Below are positions 31,453 to 42,654 of a stretch of DNA of 64,000 bases, piece after piece (the first letter of the stretch is position 1; the number at the start of each line of letters is the position of its first letter). Below the pieces are notes generated by a model. That model ran no database searches. It was not told the origin of the DNA and was given only the letters and a program-made list of their open reading frames with translations. The position numbers and the translations under genes were made by a program. This DNA is from Nitrospirota bacterium (lineage in GTDB: Bacteria > Nitrospirota > UBA9217). Location of the stretch: the NCBI GenBank assembly GCA_963796285.1, contig CAWCKW010000012.1, positions 1,472,001 through 1,536,000 of the forward strand, given 5' to 3'.

Positions 31453-31866
31453 CTACCCTTTCCCCTTTTGTCTTAAAAACTCCCCGAACTTCATGTCGAT
31501 CTTCAAGATATGGTCCACGATCCAATCCACGACCACCTGGTTCGTGGTCGCTGAAAGATCGTAGGAACTGCCCTTCACCCGCGGTTGAGACGCCAGTTCC
31601 TTGAGCTCGGCAAGCGAGGCAAGGTATTTTCTGTGGTCCTCCCGCTGCTTCTCCAGCCCGTCGTAGTTCGCATCCCGCATATGCTTCTCTTCAGCAGCAA
31701 AATGGACCTTCGCGTAATCGTCAAGGAACTTGATCGTGTTGTCGATCTCTGATTTACAGCGCTGCTCCTTGATCGCGACAACGAGGTTGTTGATGTGCTT
31801 GAAGAGCTCTTTGTGCTGGCTGTCTATGGAACTGATGCCGATCGCCAATTTTTCCGTCCATTCCAT
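31453..31866 (-). CDS. Bacteriohemerythrin-like protein
   Basis: MEWTEKLAIG..IDSQHK, HFAAEE, WIVDHI...D; GGAGG RBS before ATG 31866. Confidence 0.9.
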   Translation of the reverse strand: MEWTEKLAIGISSIDSQHKELFKHINNLVVAIKEQRCKSEIDNTIKFLDDYAKVHFAAEEKHMRDANYDGLEKQREDHRKYLASLAELKELASQPRVKGSSYDLSATTNQVVVDWIVDHILKIDMKFGEFLRQKGKG

Positions 31867-31900
31867 GCGACACCTCCTGATCATGCGTGGTGGATACCGG

Positions 31901-31993
31901 ATAGTAACAAGGGAACGTACGGATGTCAAGGAAGGAGGACACATGACGGCCGTATTTATTGAATTTGACACCCTCCAAAAAAAAGGTTAGTTT
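31901..31993. promoter_or_regulatory. Back-to-back sigma70 promoters for hemerythrin and the FeS-DUF3786 gene
   Basis: Minus strand: TTGACA (31929-31924), 17 bp, TACTAT (31906-31901). Plus strand: TTGACA (31965-31970), 17 bp, TAGTTT (31988-31993). Confidence 0.7.
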
Positions 31994-32000
31994 GGTCATC

Positions 32001-32789
32001 ATGAAAACCGCCGTCGATATATACAAGTTCCTCCCCAAGACCAATTGCGGAAAATGCGGCACCTCAAGCTGCTTTGGATTCGCCGCAAAGCTGGCCACAA
32101 ATCAGGCCTCGCCCGACGACTGCCCTACCATGACGCAAGCAGCACGTGAATCTTTCCGGGAATTGGCCGTTGAAAAACGCTCTTCTCCCGGTACCGTCTA
32201 TGATCAGGCACTGGAATCCCTTCAACCGAAGATCCAGGCTCTGGACTTTAGGAAGGTTGCTTCCCTCTTCGGGGCAACCGTTATCGGTCTGGATAAACTT
32301 GAACTCAGGTTCTTGAACGAGAACTACGTGGTCACGAAAGAGAAGATTCTTGATCCCTCCGGGAAGGAACCGCGGCCGTGGATCTCGATCCTCATCTACA
32401 ACTACCTCTGCATGCCTGATCCGCCGTCACCTGCGGGTGAATGGACCTCCTTCAGTTCGATACCGGCTTCCCACGCAAAGGACAAGGCATGGGCGGGCCA
32501 TGTGGAAGAAGTTATAGCAAAACATTTCTCCGGAAAGGGAGAAGCGCTGAAGGCTGCCTGCGAGAAATCGGGCGGCATAAATGCCGATATGAAGGGCGAT
32601 CACGACGCGGCGTACGAATTCCGTTTCTTCCCCCATTACCCCGTGCTGCTGCTCTTCTACGAGGCGATGCCGGAAGAAAATTTCCCGGCGCAGTGCAAGC
32701 TGCTCCTGGACAGGACCGCGCCGCGCTATCTGGATATTGAGTCGATCGTGGTGCTGGGAGAGGAGTTTGCCGCCCGACTGACGGCATAG
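32001..32789 (+). CDS. Fe-S-binding domain + DUF3786 protein
   Basis: LPKTNCGKCG..SC..FA..L.......CP (PF04060-like) followed by DUF3786-like F..FP..PV......EENFPA..KLL.D. Confidence 0.8.
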   Translation: MKTAVDIYKFLPKTNCGKCGTSSCFGFAAKLATNQASPDDCPTMTQAARESFRELAVEKRSSPGTVYDQALESLQPKIQALDFRKVASLFGATVIGLDKLELRFLNENYVVTKEKILDPSGKEPRPWISILIYNYLCMPDPPSPAGEWTSFSSIPASHAKDKAWAGHVEEVIAKHFSGKGEALKAACEKSGGINADMKGDHDAAYEFRFFPHYPVLLLFYEAMPEENFPAQCKLLLDRTAPRYLDIESIVVLGEEFAARLTA

Positions 32790-32820
32790 CAGTTGAGCGT
32801 TTGGAGTAAGGGAAGGTGAC

Positions 32821-33921
32821 ATGTACAAGCTGATGAAGTCGATTGCCGTCCTCGGGATACTTATTTTCTGCGCTTGCAGTGGTGGCGGAAGTGGAACAGG
32901 TGGGACGTCGCTCACAAATCCACACACGGACCCGCTGCAGGGTCCGCCTGCTGGAAATCCATCCGGGCACTACCTTGTCCCCTCTGAGGCCGGGGTCGAG
33001 GACGTTTCTTACCCGGATCAGGTCATCGGCACGGGTACGCCCGAGAGCTGTACAGCAGAAGCATTTATCCAGGCAATTGCCCAGGGGGGCAAGATCACAT
33101 TCGATTGCGGCCCCAATCCGCTCACCATCACCCTCGATCGCCCGGCCAAGATGTTCAATGACAAGCCGGATGTCGTGATCGACGGCAACGGGTTGGTCAC
33201 TCTCAGTGGCGGCGGTGCAACCCGCATTCTGTACATGAACACGTGCGATCAGAACCAGGTGTGGACCACGTCTCATTGCGACAACCAGGAGCAACCGCGG
33301 CTGACCGTCCAGAACCTGACGTTCATCGACGGCAACTCCCAAAATGAGTCCGAGTATGATGGCGGCGGCGCCATCTGGGTCAGGGGAGGGCGGTTCAAGG
33401 TCGTCAACAGCCGGTTCTTCAATAATGTCTGCGCCAGCCAGGGGCCGGATGTCGGGGGCGCCGCCATCCGGGTCTTCAGTCAATACAACGGCCTGCCCGT
33501 CTATGTGGTGAACAGCACCTTTGGCGGCGCTGCAGGCTATGGCAATATTGGCGCGAATGGCGGCGGCATCAGCAGTATCGGGGTTTCCTGGGCGATCTAC
33601 AACAGCCTGTTTTCATACAACCAGGCGATCGGCAACGGGGGCAATCCCGCCGAGTCCGGGACTCCGGGTGGTGGGAGCGGAGGCGCAATCTACAACGACG
33701 GCAATACCATGACGCTTGCACTGTACGGGACTCTTATCGAAGACAACGAAGTGAACAGCTATGGTTCCGCGATCTTCTTCATCTCCAATGACCATTCCGG
33801 CACACTTCACATCGAGGATTCGGTGATAAGCCACAATCTCGGCGGGTCCTGGTACGAGCTGCCCGGTATCTCGATGCACAGCGACACGACCCGCGAGATC
33901 ATCAACTCGACCATCGAGTAG
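32821..33921 (+). CDS. Gly/Asn-rich lipoprotein with right-handed beta-helix (pectin-lyase-like, GGAI repeats)
   Basis: Lipobox FCAC; repeated GGGAIW, GGAAI, GGGIS and GGAIY motifs. Confidence 0.75.
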   Translation: MYKLMKSIAVLGILIFCACSGGGSGTGGTSLTNPHTDPLQGPPAGNPSGHYLVPSEAGVEDVSYPDQVIGTGTPESCTAEAFIQAIAQGGKITFDCGPNPLTITLDRPAKMFNDKPDVVIDGNGLVTLSGGGATRILYMNTCDQNQVWTTSHCDNQEQPRLTVQNLTFIDGNSQNESEYDGGGAIWVRGGRFKVVNSRFFNNVCASQGPDVGGAAIRVFSQYNGLPVYVVNSTFGGAAGYGNIGANGGGISSIGVSWAIYNSLFSYNQAIGNGGNPAESGTPGGGSGGAIYNDGNTMTLALYGTLIEDNEVNSYGSAIFFISNDHSGTLHIEDSVISHNLGGSWYELPGISMHSDTTREIINSTIE

Positions 33922-34120
33922 TGGAATTAGCCGGGATATGCGTTTGCCGGGTCGCGGCGTAACCGCTTGGCCGAACAACGGAACCCCGCCGGGGACGATT
34001 GAAGTGAAGAATACATGTTGTAACTTGTAATGCGATGTACTTCCTGAACTTAACAGCAGGCGTATTTAAGACTCTGCATAGTTCAAGTTGTAACTGATAA
34101 CTGAAGGACACATACGGGAC

Positions 34121-34851
34121 ATGAAGGATAGAGATATTATAGATACTTTCGTAACATATCTAGGTCGCCATGGTCATCTCAACCTCCAAGTTAATCGACG
34201 GCCAGACGAAGAAAATCGCGACTCGTCTGATATTGACGCAATTGCTGGTCCATTCGCAATCGAACACACAAGCATTGACACGCTCCCCAACCAGCGCCGG
34301 GATTCTGATTGGTTCATGCAAGTTTTTGGCGGACTTGAGCGAGAGCTTTCTGACAAGTCGCGGTTCCGCCTGAACGTTATTATCGAGTACAATGCCGTCG
34401 CGAAGGGTCAAAATTGGCAAATATTCGTGAGATGATCAAAAATTGGATCGCAAACGAAGCACCGCATTTAGCAGACGGACGCCACGTTCTTAATGACATT
34501 CCTGGCGTTCCATTCCGTCTGCACATCATAAAGGCAAGTAATCGCCGCCCACGCGTTATATTCTCCCGTTTTGAGCCCGATGACAACACCCTTCCTGGTC
34601 GTATTCGGCAGCAGTTTGACAGAAAGGTTGAAAAATTTAAGAAATACAAAAGCGCTGGAAAAACGACAGTTCTCCTCATCGAAAACGACGACTCCGCCCT
34701 TATGAACGAAGGGAAGATGATAGATTCTATACGGAAAGCCTACCCGGCTGGATTTTTCCTCGATGTTGACCAGATCTGGTATGCGGGCACATCCATTTCA
34801 AGCGAGATAGAGTTCTTGGACTTTACCAGTGAGCTTCAAGAGGGGCGTTAA
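34121..34851 (+). CDS. Hypothetical protein with PD-(D/E)XK-like motif; one frameshift near 34415
   Basis: Two overlapping ORFs join into about 243 aa; RPD...DIDA....AIEHT motif and a C-terminal KKYK...VLLIE. Confidence 0.55.
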
Positions 34852-35127
34852 GTCCTTCCTGAAGTCCACGGCGGTTGAGCCTTTGGAAACGTGCTGCTTA
34901 TAGTCTGAATAATTGCATAATTGGTGGTTCAGCGAGGTACAATATGATCGGAAGAATTTTGTCAGGAATGTTTATTCCAATTTTATTATGGATGCTAATA
35001 GGAGGCTATAAAGAAATAAAAAGAGATCATGACATATCAGACGACTTTGATTTTCTCTTTAAAATATTTTGGTTATTGGGGATAGCTTTCGCAACGATAA
35101 ACCTTTTTACCTACGCCTTATTTAATG

Positions 35128-36180
35128 CGCGAATTCTATCTCGAAGTGCAACGGCTTGAGGCCGCGACCTCCGCTGGCGTTCTGTAACCGAGGCACTTTC
35201 TCGGTCGACTGTTAAGCAGATATTCGATCCGGGCTATGTGCTCGGATGCGATCTTACTGAAATCGGTTCCCTTTGGCAAGTACCAACGAATGAGGCCATT
35301 GATGTTCTCATTCGTGCCCCGCTGCCAGGATGAATAGGGATGGGCAAAGTAGCATTTGATTCCAAGCTTGGTCGAGAGCGTTTCGTGTTTGGCATTCTCG
35401 CTCCCATTGTCCAACGTGAGCGTTTGGCGTCCCTTGGCTGGAAGCTTCTTGAGTCGGTCAATGACCGCCTTGTTGGTCTCAGCAGCGCTTTTTCGCTGTA
35501 GCTTGGTGATCAGAACAAGCCGGCTCTTGCGTTCGACCAGGCTATTTAAGGCCGCTTTGCTCTTTCGGGAGACGAGACTGTCGCCCTCCCAGTGACCATA
35601 GTAACGACGACTCTCAACGGACTTCGGCCGGGCATCGATCGGGATCCTGTTGGGAATCTTGGTTTTTCTCACTTTTCTGCCGATGCTCTTATTTCTCCGC
35701 TTCTTGTGGGCTCGGCGCAGCAGATTGATCATCTCCACCCGGTCCGGATTCTGGGGATGGTAGATGTACTGATAGATAGCTTCGTGATTGATGGTTTGCC
35801 CTGGATGGTCAATTCGGATCCGTCCAGAGATTTGCTCCGGAGACCATCCCTGAGCGAGGCCATTCTTCACATATTGCCTGATGAAGTCGTTCTTTAATCG
35901 TCGTGCTGTATTAGCCTTCGTTTTTCGTTCACAAGCCCGAGCATGTGCCCGGCAGGGAACATAGCGTCTTCGTTCCGGCGGTGAGTTCCGCGTGAGCTCG
36001 CGTGAGATTGTGCTTTTGTTCCGGCCAACTGCTTTTGCGATGTCGCCGACACTGAAACCTTCTGAAAGTTGGGCGGCGATGAATTCTCGTTCTTCTTGGC
36101 CAGATGCTTATATGGTTTTGGCATAGACACTTAGAGTAGCATAGCTACCCCAAGTGTTGCACTTCGCTATAGAACTGGCG
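35128..36180 (-). mobile_element. IS30-family insertion sequence (about 1053 bp) with imperfect terminal inverted repeats and 3-bp ATG target duplication
   Basis: Left end cgcgaattctatctcgaagtgcaac versus reverse complement of right end cgccagttctatagcgaagtgcaac; ATG at 35125-35127 and 36181-36183. Confidence 0.9.
35136..36124 (-). CDS. IS30-family DDE transposase, frameshifted near the N-terminal HTH
   Basis: WSPEQI, EAIYQYIY, GHWEGD, TLDNGSE, PYSSWQRGTNENING. Confidence 0.92.
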
Positions 36181-36379
36181 ATGCTTCTGAAGTTACAAAA
36201 CTGAAAATTGGTGAGAGGCAGATGGTTAATATTTTATCCTGAAGCTTACACCTCATGATTGTGTGAGCCGCAGCGCAATTTCAAATGTAAATGATATTCA
36301 ACACTCATTAATAGGATAAACGTTATGAACTGGATATTCAGAATCGTTCGCAAATTCCTGAATACACAGCTAAAGCAGG

Positions 36380-38489
36380 GTGAGTAAACTCGAGCCTAAT
36401 TTGCACAACCGCAACACGACCGGTGTGGCCGTCACTGCCGACAATCCCATCCGGCGTCAGGAAGATGATGTTCTCGGTAGAGCCATCGTTGCCAGATCGT
36501 TCGCCCGGCAGGTTCTCTCACTTGATGCGCGAGAAGGAATTGTAGTGGGTGTGCTTGGTGCATGGGGATATGGGAAAACGTCCTTCATTAACCTTGCTCG
36601 TGATGAGTTCGACCGGGCTGGCGTTCCGGTACTCGACTTTAATCCGTGGATGTTCAGTGGCGCAGAGCAACTCGTTGAATCGTTCTTCGTCGAACTCGCC
36701 GCACAGCTAAAGATGCGCCCCGGCCTCGCCGAGGTGGGTAAGGGCCTTGAGGATTATGGTGAGGCATTTTCCGGCATGGGATGGCTGCCTCTTGTCGGCC
36801 CGTGGATAGAGCGGGGTCGCGGCGCAACCAAGATCTTAGGCAAGATCCTACAGCACCGGAAGGAAGGGGTCAGTGGACGCCGAGCCAAGCTCGAGAAGGC
36901 TGTTACTGATTTAAGCAAACCGATTGTGATTGTACTCGACGACATCGACCGGCTGTCGACATCAGAGATCCGAGACGTATTCAAGCTGGTGCGACTGACT
37001 GCTAACTTTCCCAACATTATCTATATCGTAGCATTTGACCGAAATCGCGTCAAAGAGGCGCTTGCGAGCAGGGGATGCCAAGTCGTGAATATTTGGAAAA
37101 AATCTTTAAAGTCGCAATCGATCTGCCGGTAGTCCCAACGCAAGTGATAAACCAGCAGATCTTATTGGCGGTGAATAACGCCATCGCCGGCATCGAGAAA
37201 ACAGGACCGTTCGACGAACAAGTCTGGCCCGACGTCTTCATGGAGATAATCCGGCCACTTATTCGGAACATGCGAGATGTTCGACGATACGCTGCCGCCG
37301 TCCGCGGGAACGTAGGAGCCCTCAACGGACAGATAGCGCTCGTTGATGTTCTTGCGCTCGAAGCCGTTCGAGTATTTCTTCCCGATGTCTTTAAACACTT
37401 GCACGGTGCCATCGACGGCCTCACGACGACTTCCGAACTCGCATACGGAGGACGTAGCGAGTCAACGCAGTTCAAGGCACAGATCGACGGACTGATTCAA
37501 GCTGCCGGAATGCACAACGGCGTCGTTCGAGCCATGATCGAGCGACTCTTTCCGGCTGGCCAGCGTCATCTCGGTGGTAGCCACTACGGAGGCGACTGGC
37601 AAGGTCGATGGCTCAGGGAGCGTCGGGTCGCTCACAAGGACATTCTACGGCTCTACTTGGAACGCGTGGCGGGCGAAAGCCTGCAAGCCTTCACGGATGC
37701 AGAGAAGGCCTGGACTTACATGGCTAACCGTGAAGCCTTGGACGGCTATCTTCGTTCTCTCGATGCGGCACGACTGCAGGACGTTATCGCGTCGTTAGAG
37801 GCCTATGAAGATCAGTTTGCTCCAGCCCATGTAGTGCCCGGAACAATCGTTCTGCTCAATCTCTTGCCGGATCTTCCAGAACGACAGCGGGGTATGTTAG
37901 GGCTGGACACCAAGCTAGTCGTCTCTCGCGTCTTCTATCGTCTCTTGAAATCTTTGCACGACTCTGCAGCGGTCGAAGCAGCGGTGCGCCAGATACTGCC
38001 CGAGCTGAAGTCTCTCTCTCAAAGATGGAGCTGATTGGTGATGTCGGGTATCGAGAGGGAGCCGGACACAAACTCGTGTCGGAAACAGCGGCAGAAGAAT
38101 TCGAGAAGGCGTGGCGTGACGAAGTTCGATCTGCATCGGTTGATGATCTCGCCAAGGAGCGTGATCTCTTATGGGTATTTCTGCGGGCGAAACGCGAGGC
38201 TCAACCGGCGGAAGGCCTGCTCGACATTGACAATTCGTCCAAACTGACGGTCGCCCTTCTCCGGTCAGCTCGGAGTGAAGTTATGCGTCAATCCATGGGA
38301 AGCCGGGCAGTACGTCGATCCCCACGCCTTGCGTGGGATGTCCTCATCGAACTCTATGGCGCTGAGACAACGCTGAGGGAGCGGATTGAAAGTCTCAAAG
38401 CGACCCACCCCGAAGGCGCTTCAGACCTGCTCGAGCTCGCGGACAAATACTTAGGCGGATGGCGCCCTGGAAACTTCAATAACGACTAG
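36380..38489 (+). CDS. KAP-family P-loop NTPase (about 700 aa), two frameshifts
   Basis: DNPI....DVLGR, Walker A GAWGYGKTS, FNPWMFS, Walker B VLDDIDR, YLEKI. Pieces 36380-37132, 37075-38034, 38025-38489. Confidence 0.88.
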
Positions 38490-38850
38490 GACCAAAATGG
38501 CGTCAGGCTTGACTTGTTGACTTACTTACCTTTCAACCCCTTTTACACAACCCGAACTTACCATGCGTTATGTAAGTTATGATCCGTATTTGATAATTGT
38601 ATCATAAAGATGAAACTGCAGAGTATGTAGGTGAAGCATGGTTTCCAATCGCGTATTCAACTGTTATCAACGCAAATAATATGTAATACAATGCAACCTC
38701 GACTGATTTCTAATTGTTTCATTCATTTATAATTATCTGCACGCTTTCTCGTTGATCACTGTGCATGCTCTCGAAGATCGTCGCGCTATTTTCAGAACTT
38801 CTTTTTCATTTCTTCCTCAAAAGTCCAAACTCAGAACTCCGAACTATTCC

Positions 38851-39604
38851 TTATTCACGCCCGATTGCGTAAATTAGAAATTCCACATTACCATCCTGTC
38901 CGGTGATCGGCGAGGGGATCACGCCAATGACATTGAGGCCTGTTTCATGGAAAAAGGCCTTGACCTTCTCGACCACTTCGATCCTCAGTCCCTCGTCGCG
39001 CACAATACCCCCTTTGCCCACCTGCCCTTTCCCTACTTCGAACTGCGGCTTGATGAGCGCGATCAGTCCTGATCCGGGCCTGAGAAATTGCATGATCGAA
39101 GGAATTACCTTTTCGAGGGAGATGAACGAAGCATCGATCACGACGATATCGACAGGTTCGGGGATGAGCGAAGGGTCCATTGTACGAATGTTCGTGCGTT
39201 CAATGACGACGACGCGCGGATCTTGCCTGAGTTTCCATGCCATCTGGCCGTAGCCCACATCCACGGCATAGACCTTGTTGCATCCGTGCTGGAGCAGGCA
39301 GTCGGTAAATCCGCCGGTTGATGCTCCCACATCGATGGCGATCCTGCCTTCAACGGACACCTTGAACTCGCGCAATGCGGCCTCAAGCTTCAGCCCTCCC
39401 CGGCTGACATAGGGAAGCACCTCTCCGAGAATACGGATCTCGGCATCTTCGGGAACAAGCACGCCGGACTTGTCCTGCTTCTGGCCGTTCACGAGCACCT
39501 GGCCGGCAATGATGATGGGCCTGACCGCGCTCCCGGCTCTCGACAAGGCCCCGTTCAACGAGAAGCCGATCGAGGCGAAGCTTGTGCTTTTTTATTTCGT
39601 GCAT
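38851..39604 (-). CDS. tlyA: TlyA family RNA methyltransferase, frameshift near the 5' end
   Basis: RLDRLLVERGL (S4), YVSRGGLKL, DVGASTGGFTD, LIKPQFE. Confidence 0.92.
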
Positions 39605-39714
39605 TTCGGATTTCGGATTGCTTTTTCATGCGAACCCCTTTGACTGCATTTCATTCCGCAATCCGCCTGTCCCGACGTTTTGGCAACAGTCGGGGCAATC
39701 CACATTCCGCAATG
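39603..39714. repeat. Inverted heptamer arrays (ATTTCGG / AWTCCGC) with a nested hairpin insertion, tlyA-dxs junction
   Basis: atttcgg atttcgg attg ... attccgc aatccgc [ctgtcccgac...gtcggggc] aatccac attccgc aat. Confidence 0.75.
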
Positions 39715-39717
39715 CTC

Positions 39718-41653
39718 TTACGCATCCTTTGCTCTGAGCGACGCAACGGGAGCCACTGCCTTAAGGCGGGTCTTCTCCACAAACGCCTTCACTGATGCAT
39801 ATATACCGTCGACATCCAGACCATACTTCTGCCGGAGGATCTTCTGTGTTCCATGCTCGATATACGCGTCCGGCAGGCCGATGCGGTGCGTCTTAATTCC
39901 ACTAACTCCATTCGCATCGAGGCATTCGAGCACCGCGCTTCCAAAACCGCCGAGGAGCACGTGCTCCTCGATCGTCACGATCCTTCCCGTCTTCTTTGCA
40001 AGGGCGAGGATCATTGCTTCATCGAGCGGCTTCACGAACCGCGCGTTCACCACTGAGACGGAGATCCCTTCGTCCGCAAGTCGTTTTGCCGCTTCGATCG
40101 ACGGGCAGACCATATTGCCGATGGCGATGATCGCCGCCTCGCTCCCGTCCTTGATCAGCTCGGCTTTGCCGATCTTAAGGGTCCGCAATTCCTGGTCCAT
40201 GGGAACGCCGCAGCCCATGCCGCGCGGGTAGCGCACTGCCGAAGGACCGTTGTGTTCCACGGCCGTTTTGAGCATGTGCTGGAGCTCGTTCTCGTCCTTG
40301 GGCGCCATCATCATCATGTTCGGGATATGACGCAGATAGGCAATGTCGAACACGCCGTGATGCGTTGGCCCGTCCTCGCCCACCAGGCCGGCGCGATCAA
40401 GCGCCAGTGTCACCGGCAGGTTCTGGAGACAGAGATCATGCACCACCTGGTCGTAGGCACGCTGGGTAAACGTCGAGTAGATGGCCGCAACCGGATGCAG
40501 CCCCTCCACGGCAAGGCCGCACGCGAAGGTAACGCCGTGGGACTCGGCGATGCCCACGTCAAAGAACCTGTTCGGGAAATTGTTCGGCGAACTTGTCGAG
40601 ACCGGTGCCCTCGGGCATGGCCGCAGAGATGGCGACGATCTTGTGGTTGTCCTCGGCGAGTTTGATCATGGTCTGGCCGAACACCTCCGTGTAGCTCATG
40701 ATGGACTGCTTCTTTGCCGCAACCTTGCCCGTCTCCGGATCAAAAGGCGGGGTGCCGTGGTACTGTGAGGGGCTGCACTCAGCAAATTCACAGCCTTTTC
40801 CTTTTTTAGTGATGACATGCACCAGGACCGGCCAGGTGTATTCCTTGACATTCCGGAACGTCTCGAGCATATGGTCGATATTATGGCCGTCGATGGGGCC
40901 GATGTACTGGAACCCCAGGTCCTCGAACAGCATGCCCGGCACCATCAGGCCCTTGATGGAGTCCTCTGCCTTCTTCGCAAGATTGAACATGGACTCGCCG
41001 ACCCTGGGGATGCCCTGCAGAAAAGTCTTGGTCTCCCGTCGCAGCCTGGTATAAAAATGACCGGTCATCATCCTGCTGAGATAGGATGAAAGCGCGCCCA
41101 CGTTCGGCGATATGGACATCTCATTGTCATTCAGAATGACAATGAGGTTCTTTTTCAAATGTCCGGCCTGGTTCATACCCTCGAACGCCAGCCCCGCGGA
41201 GATGGACCCGTCGCCGATCACGGCGATCACGTGGAAGTTGTCCCCTTTGATGTCCCGCGCCGCTATCATGCCGAGGGCGGCGGAAATGGACGTGCTGGCG
41301 TGTCCCACATCAAAATTGTCGTAAGGACTTTCCTCACGTTTGGGGAATCCGCTGAGCCCGCCGTGCTGCCGGAGCGTCGGGAACTGCTTACGTCTGCCGG
41401 TCAGGAGCTTGTGAGCATAGGCCTGGTGCCCTACATCCCAGACGATCTTGTCCGTGGGCGTATCAAAGGCATAATGAAGCGCGATGGTCAGATCGACGAC
41501 GCCCAGACTCGGCGCAAGGTGGCCGCCGGTCTTCGACACAACGTTGATGATCTCCTGCCGAAGTTCGTCGGCCAGCTTCGGCAATTCCTCCGGGGGAAGA
41601 CCCCTTAGATCTTGCGCATTATTTACATTATCGAGTATCATTTGGTCCCTCAT
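39718..41653 (-). CDS. dxs: 1-deoxy-D-xylulose-5-phosphate synthase, frameshift near 40560
   Basis: [20 protein letters not shown]...[22 protein letters not shown]. Confidence 0.95.
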
Positions 41654-41659
41654 AAAATA

Positions 41660-41744
41660 GGGTCAAGTAGCTAGGGTCATGGGTTAAGGGTCATGCTTGT
41701 TGCTTCTGATATCCTTGACCCTTGCTACTTGACCCTTGACCCTT
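41660..41744. repeat. Inverted heptamer arrays (GGGTCAA x5 / TTGACCC x4), dxs-ispA junction
   Basis: gggtcaa gtagcta gggtcat gggttaa gggtcat ... ttgaccc ttgctac ttgaccc ttgaccc; 19 of 21 bp are complementary, including the variant unit. Confidence 0.85.
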
Positions 41745-41750
41745 CGTTTC

Positions 41751-42642
41751 TTAATTCACTCTATTTACAATATACTTCGCCAGTTCCCTCAGCGGATCTG
41801 CCTTATGGTCGAAATCCCGCAGTGATTGGATCGCCTTGTTCGCAACCTCATTGGCCCTCAACCGTGATCCCTCGAGACCGAAAAAACCGGGAAAGGTCTT
41901 CTTACCTTTTTTCAGGTCGCTGCCAACTGTCCTTGCCGATCTCGTCCTGCTTGCCGGTGATATCGAGAATGTCATCGGCGATCTGAAAAGCGAGACCGAC
42001 CCTCTCACCGTACCGGGTAAGGGCCTTTAAGCGTTTTTCACTCGCCTTTGCGTACAGAGCGCCGACACGCACTGAGGCGCGAATGAGCGCGCCGGTCTTG
42101 TGCGTATGGATATATTCGAGCGTCGGGAAATCGATATCCTTGCCCTCGGACTCCATATCAACCACCTGACCGCCCACCATACCATGGACGCCTGATGCAT
42201 TGCCGATCTCGTTGATGATGGAAAGAAGCCTGTTCGCGGGGACCGCTTTGGTCCTGCGGGGATCGGACAGCACTTCGAATGCCATGTTCAAAAGCCCGTC
42301 CCCTGCGAGGATGGCAATGGCCTCGCCGTATACCTTATGGCAGGTTGGCCGCCCCCGTCTGCGATCATCATCGTCCATGGCAGGAAGATCGTCGTGGATC
42401 AGCGAGTACGTATGAATGAGCTCCAGCGATCCTGCCAGGGGAAGCAGGTCGGAGGTCTTTGCGCCAAGCGCCTCGGCAGCGGCAATGGCCAGAATGGGCC
42501 GCACCCGCTTGCCGCCGGCAAAGAGGCTGTAGCGCATGGCCTCGTGGACCGAGGTCGGGAACATTTTCGCGGGCGGAACGAGCTTATCGAGCGCCTTGTC
42601 CACGATGGCCTTTTTTTTGGCAAGATATGACTTGATATTCAT
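41751..42642 (-). CDS. ispA: Polyprenyl (farnesyl/geranylgeranyl) diphosphate synthase, frameshift near the 3' end
   Basis: GGKRVRP, IHDDLPAMDDDD.RRG, GQ..D, KTGAL, FQIADD. Confidence 0.93.
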
Positions 42643-42654
42643 GGTAACGGGGGA

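Larger units (their letters stand above)
34944..36242 (+). pseudogene. Small two-TM membrane protein (about 80 aa) interrupted by the IS30 element
   Basis: Removing the IS and one ATG copy restores an open frame ...YALFN-ASEVTKLKIGERQMVNILS* ending at TGA 36240-36242; GAGG RBS upstream. Confidence 0.6.

Noticed and set aside
38551-38578. dif/pdif-like Xer site at the right edge of the islet (TTATGTAAGTT arm)
   Set aside because: Only the XerD-like arm resembles the consensus; the left arm is poor and no convincing partner site was found.
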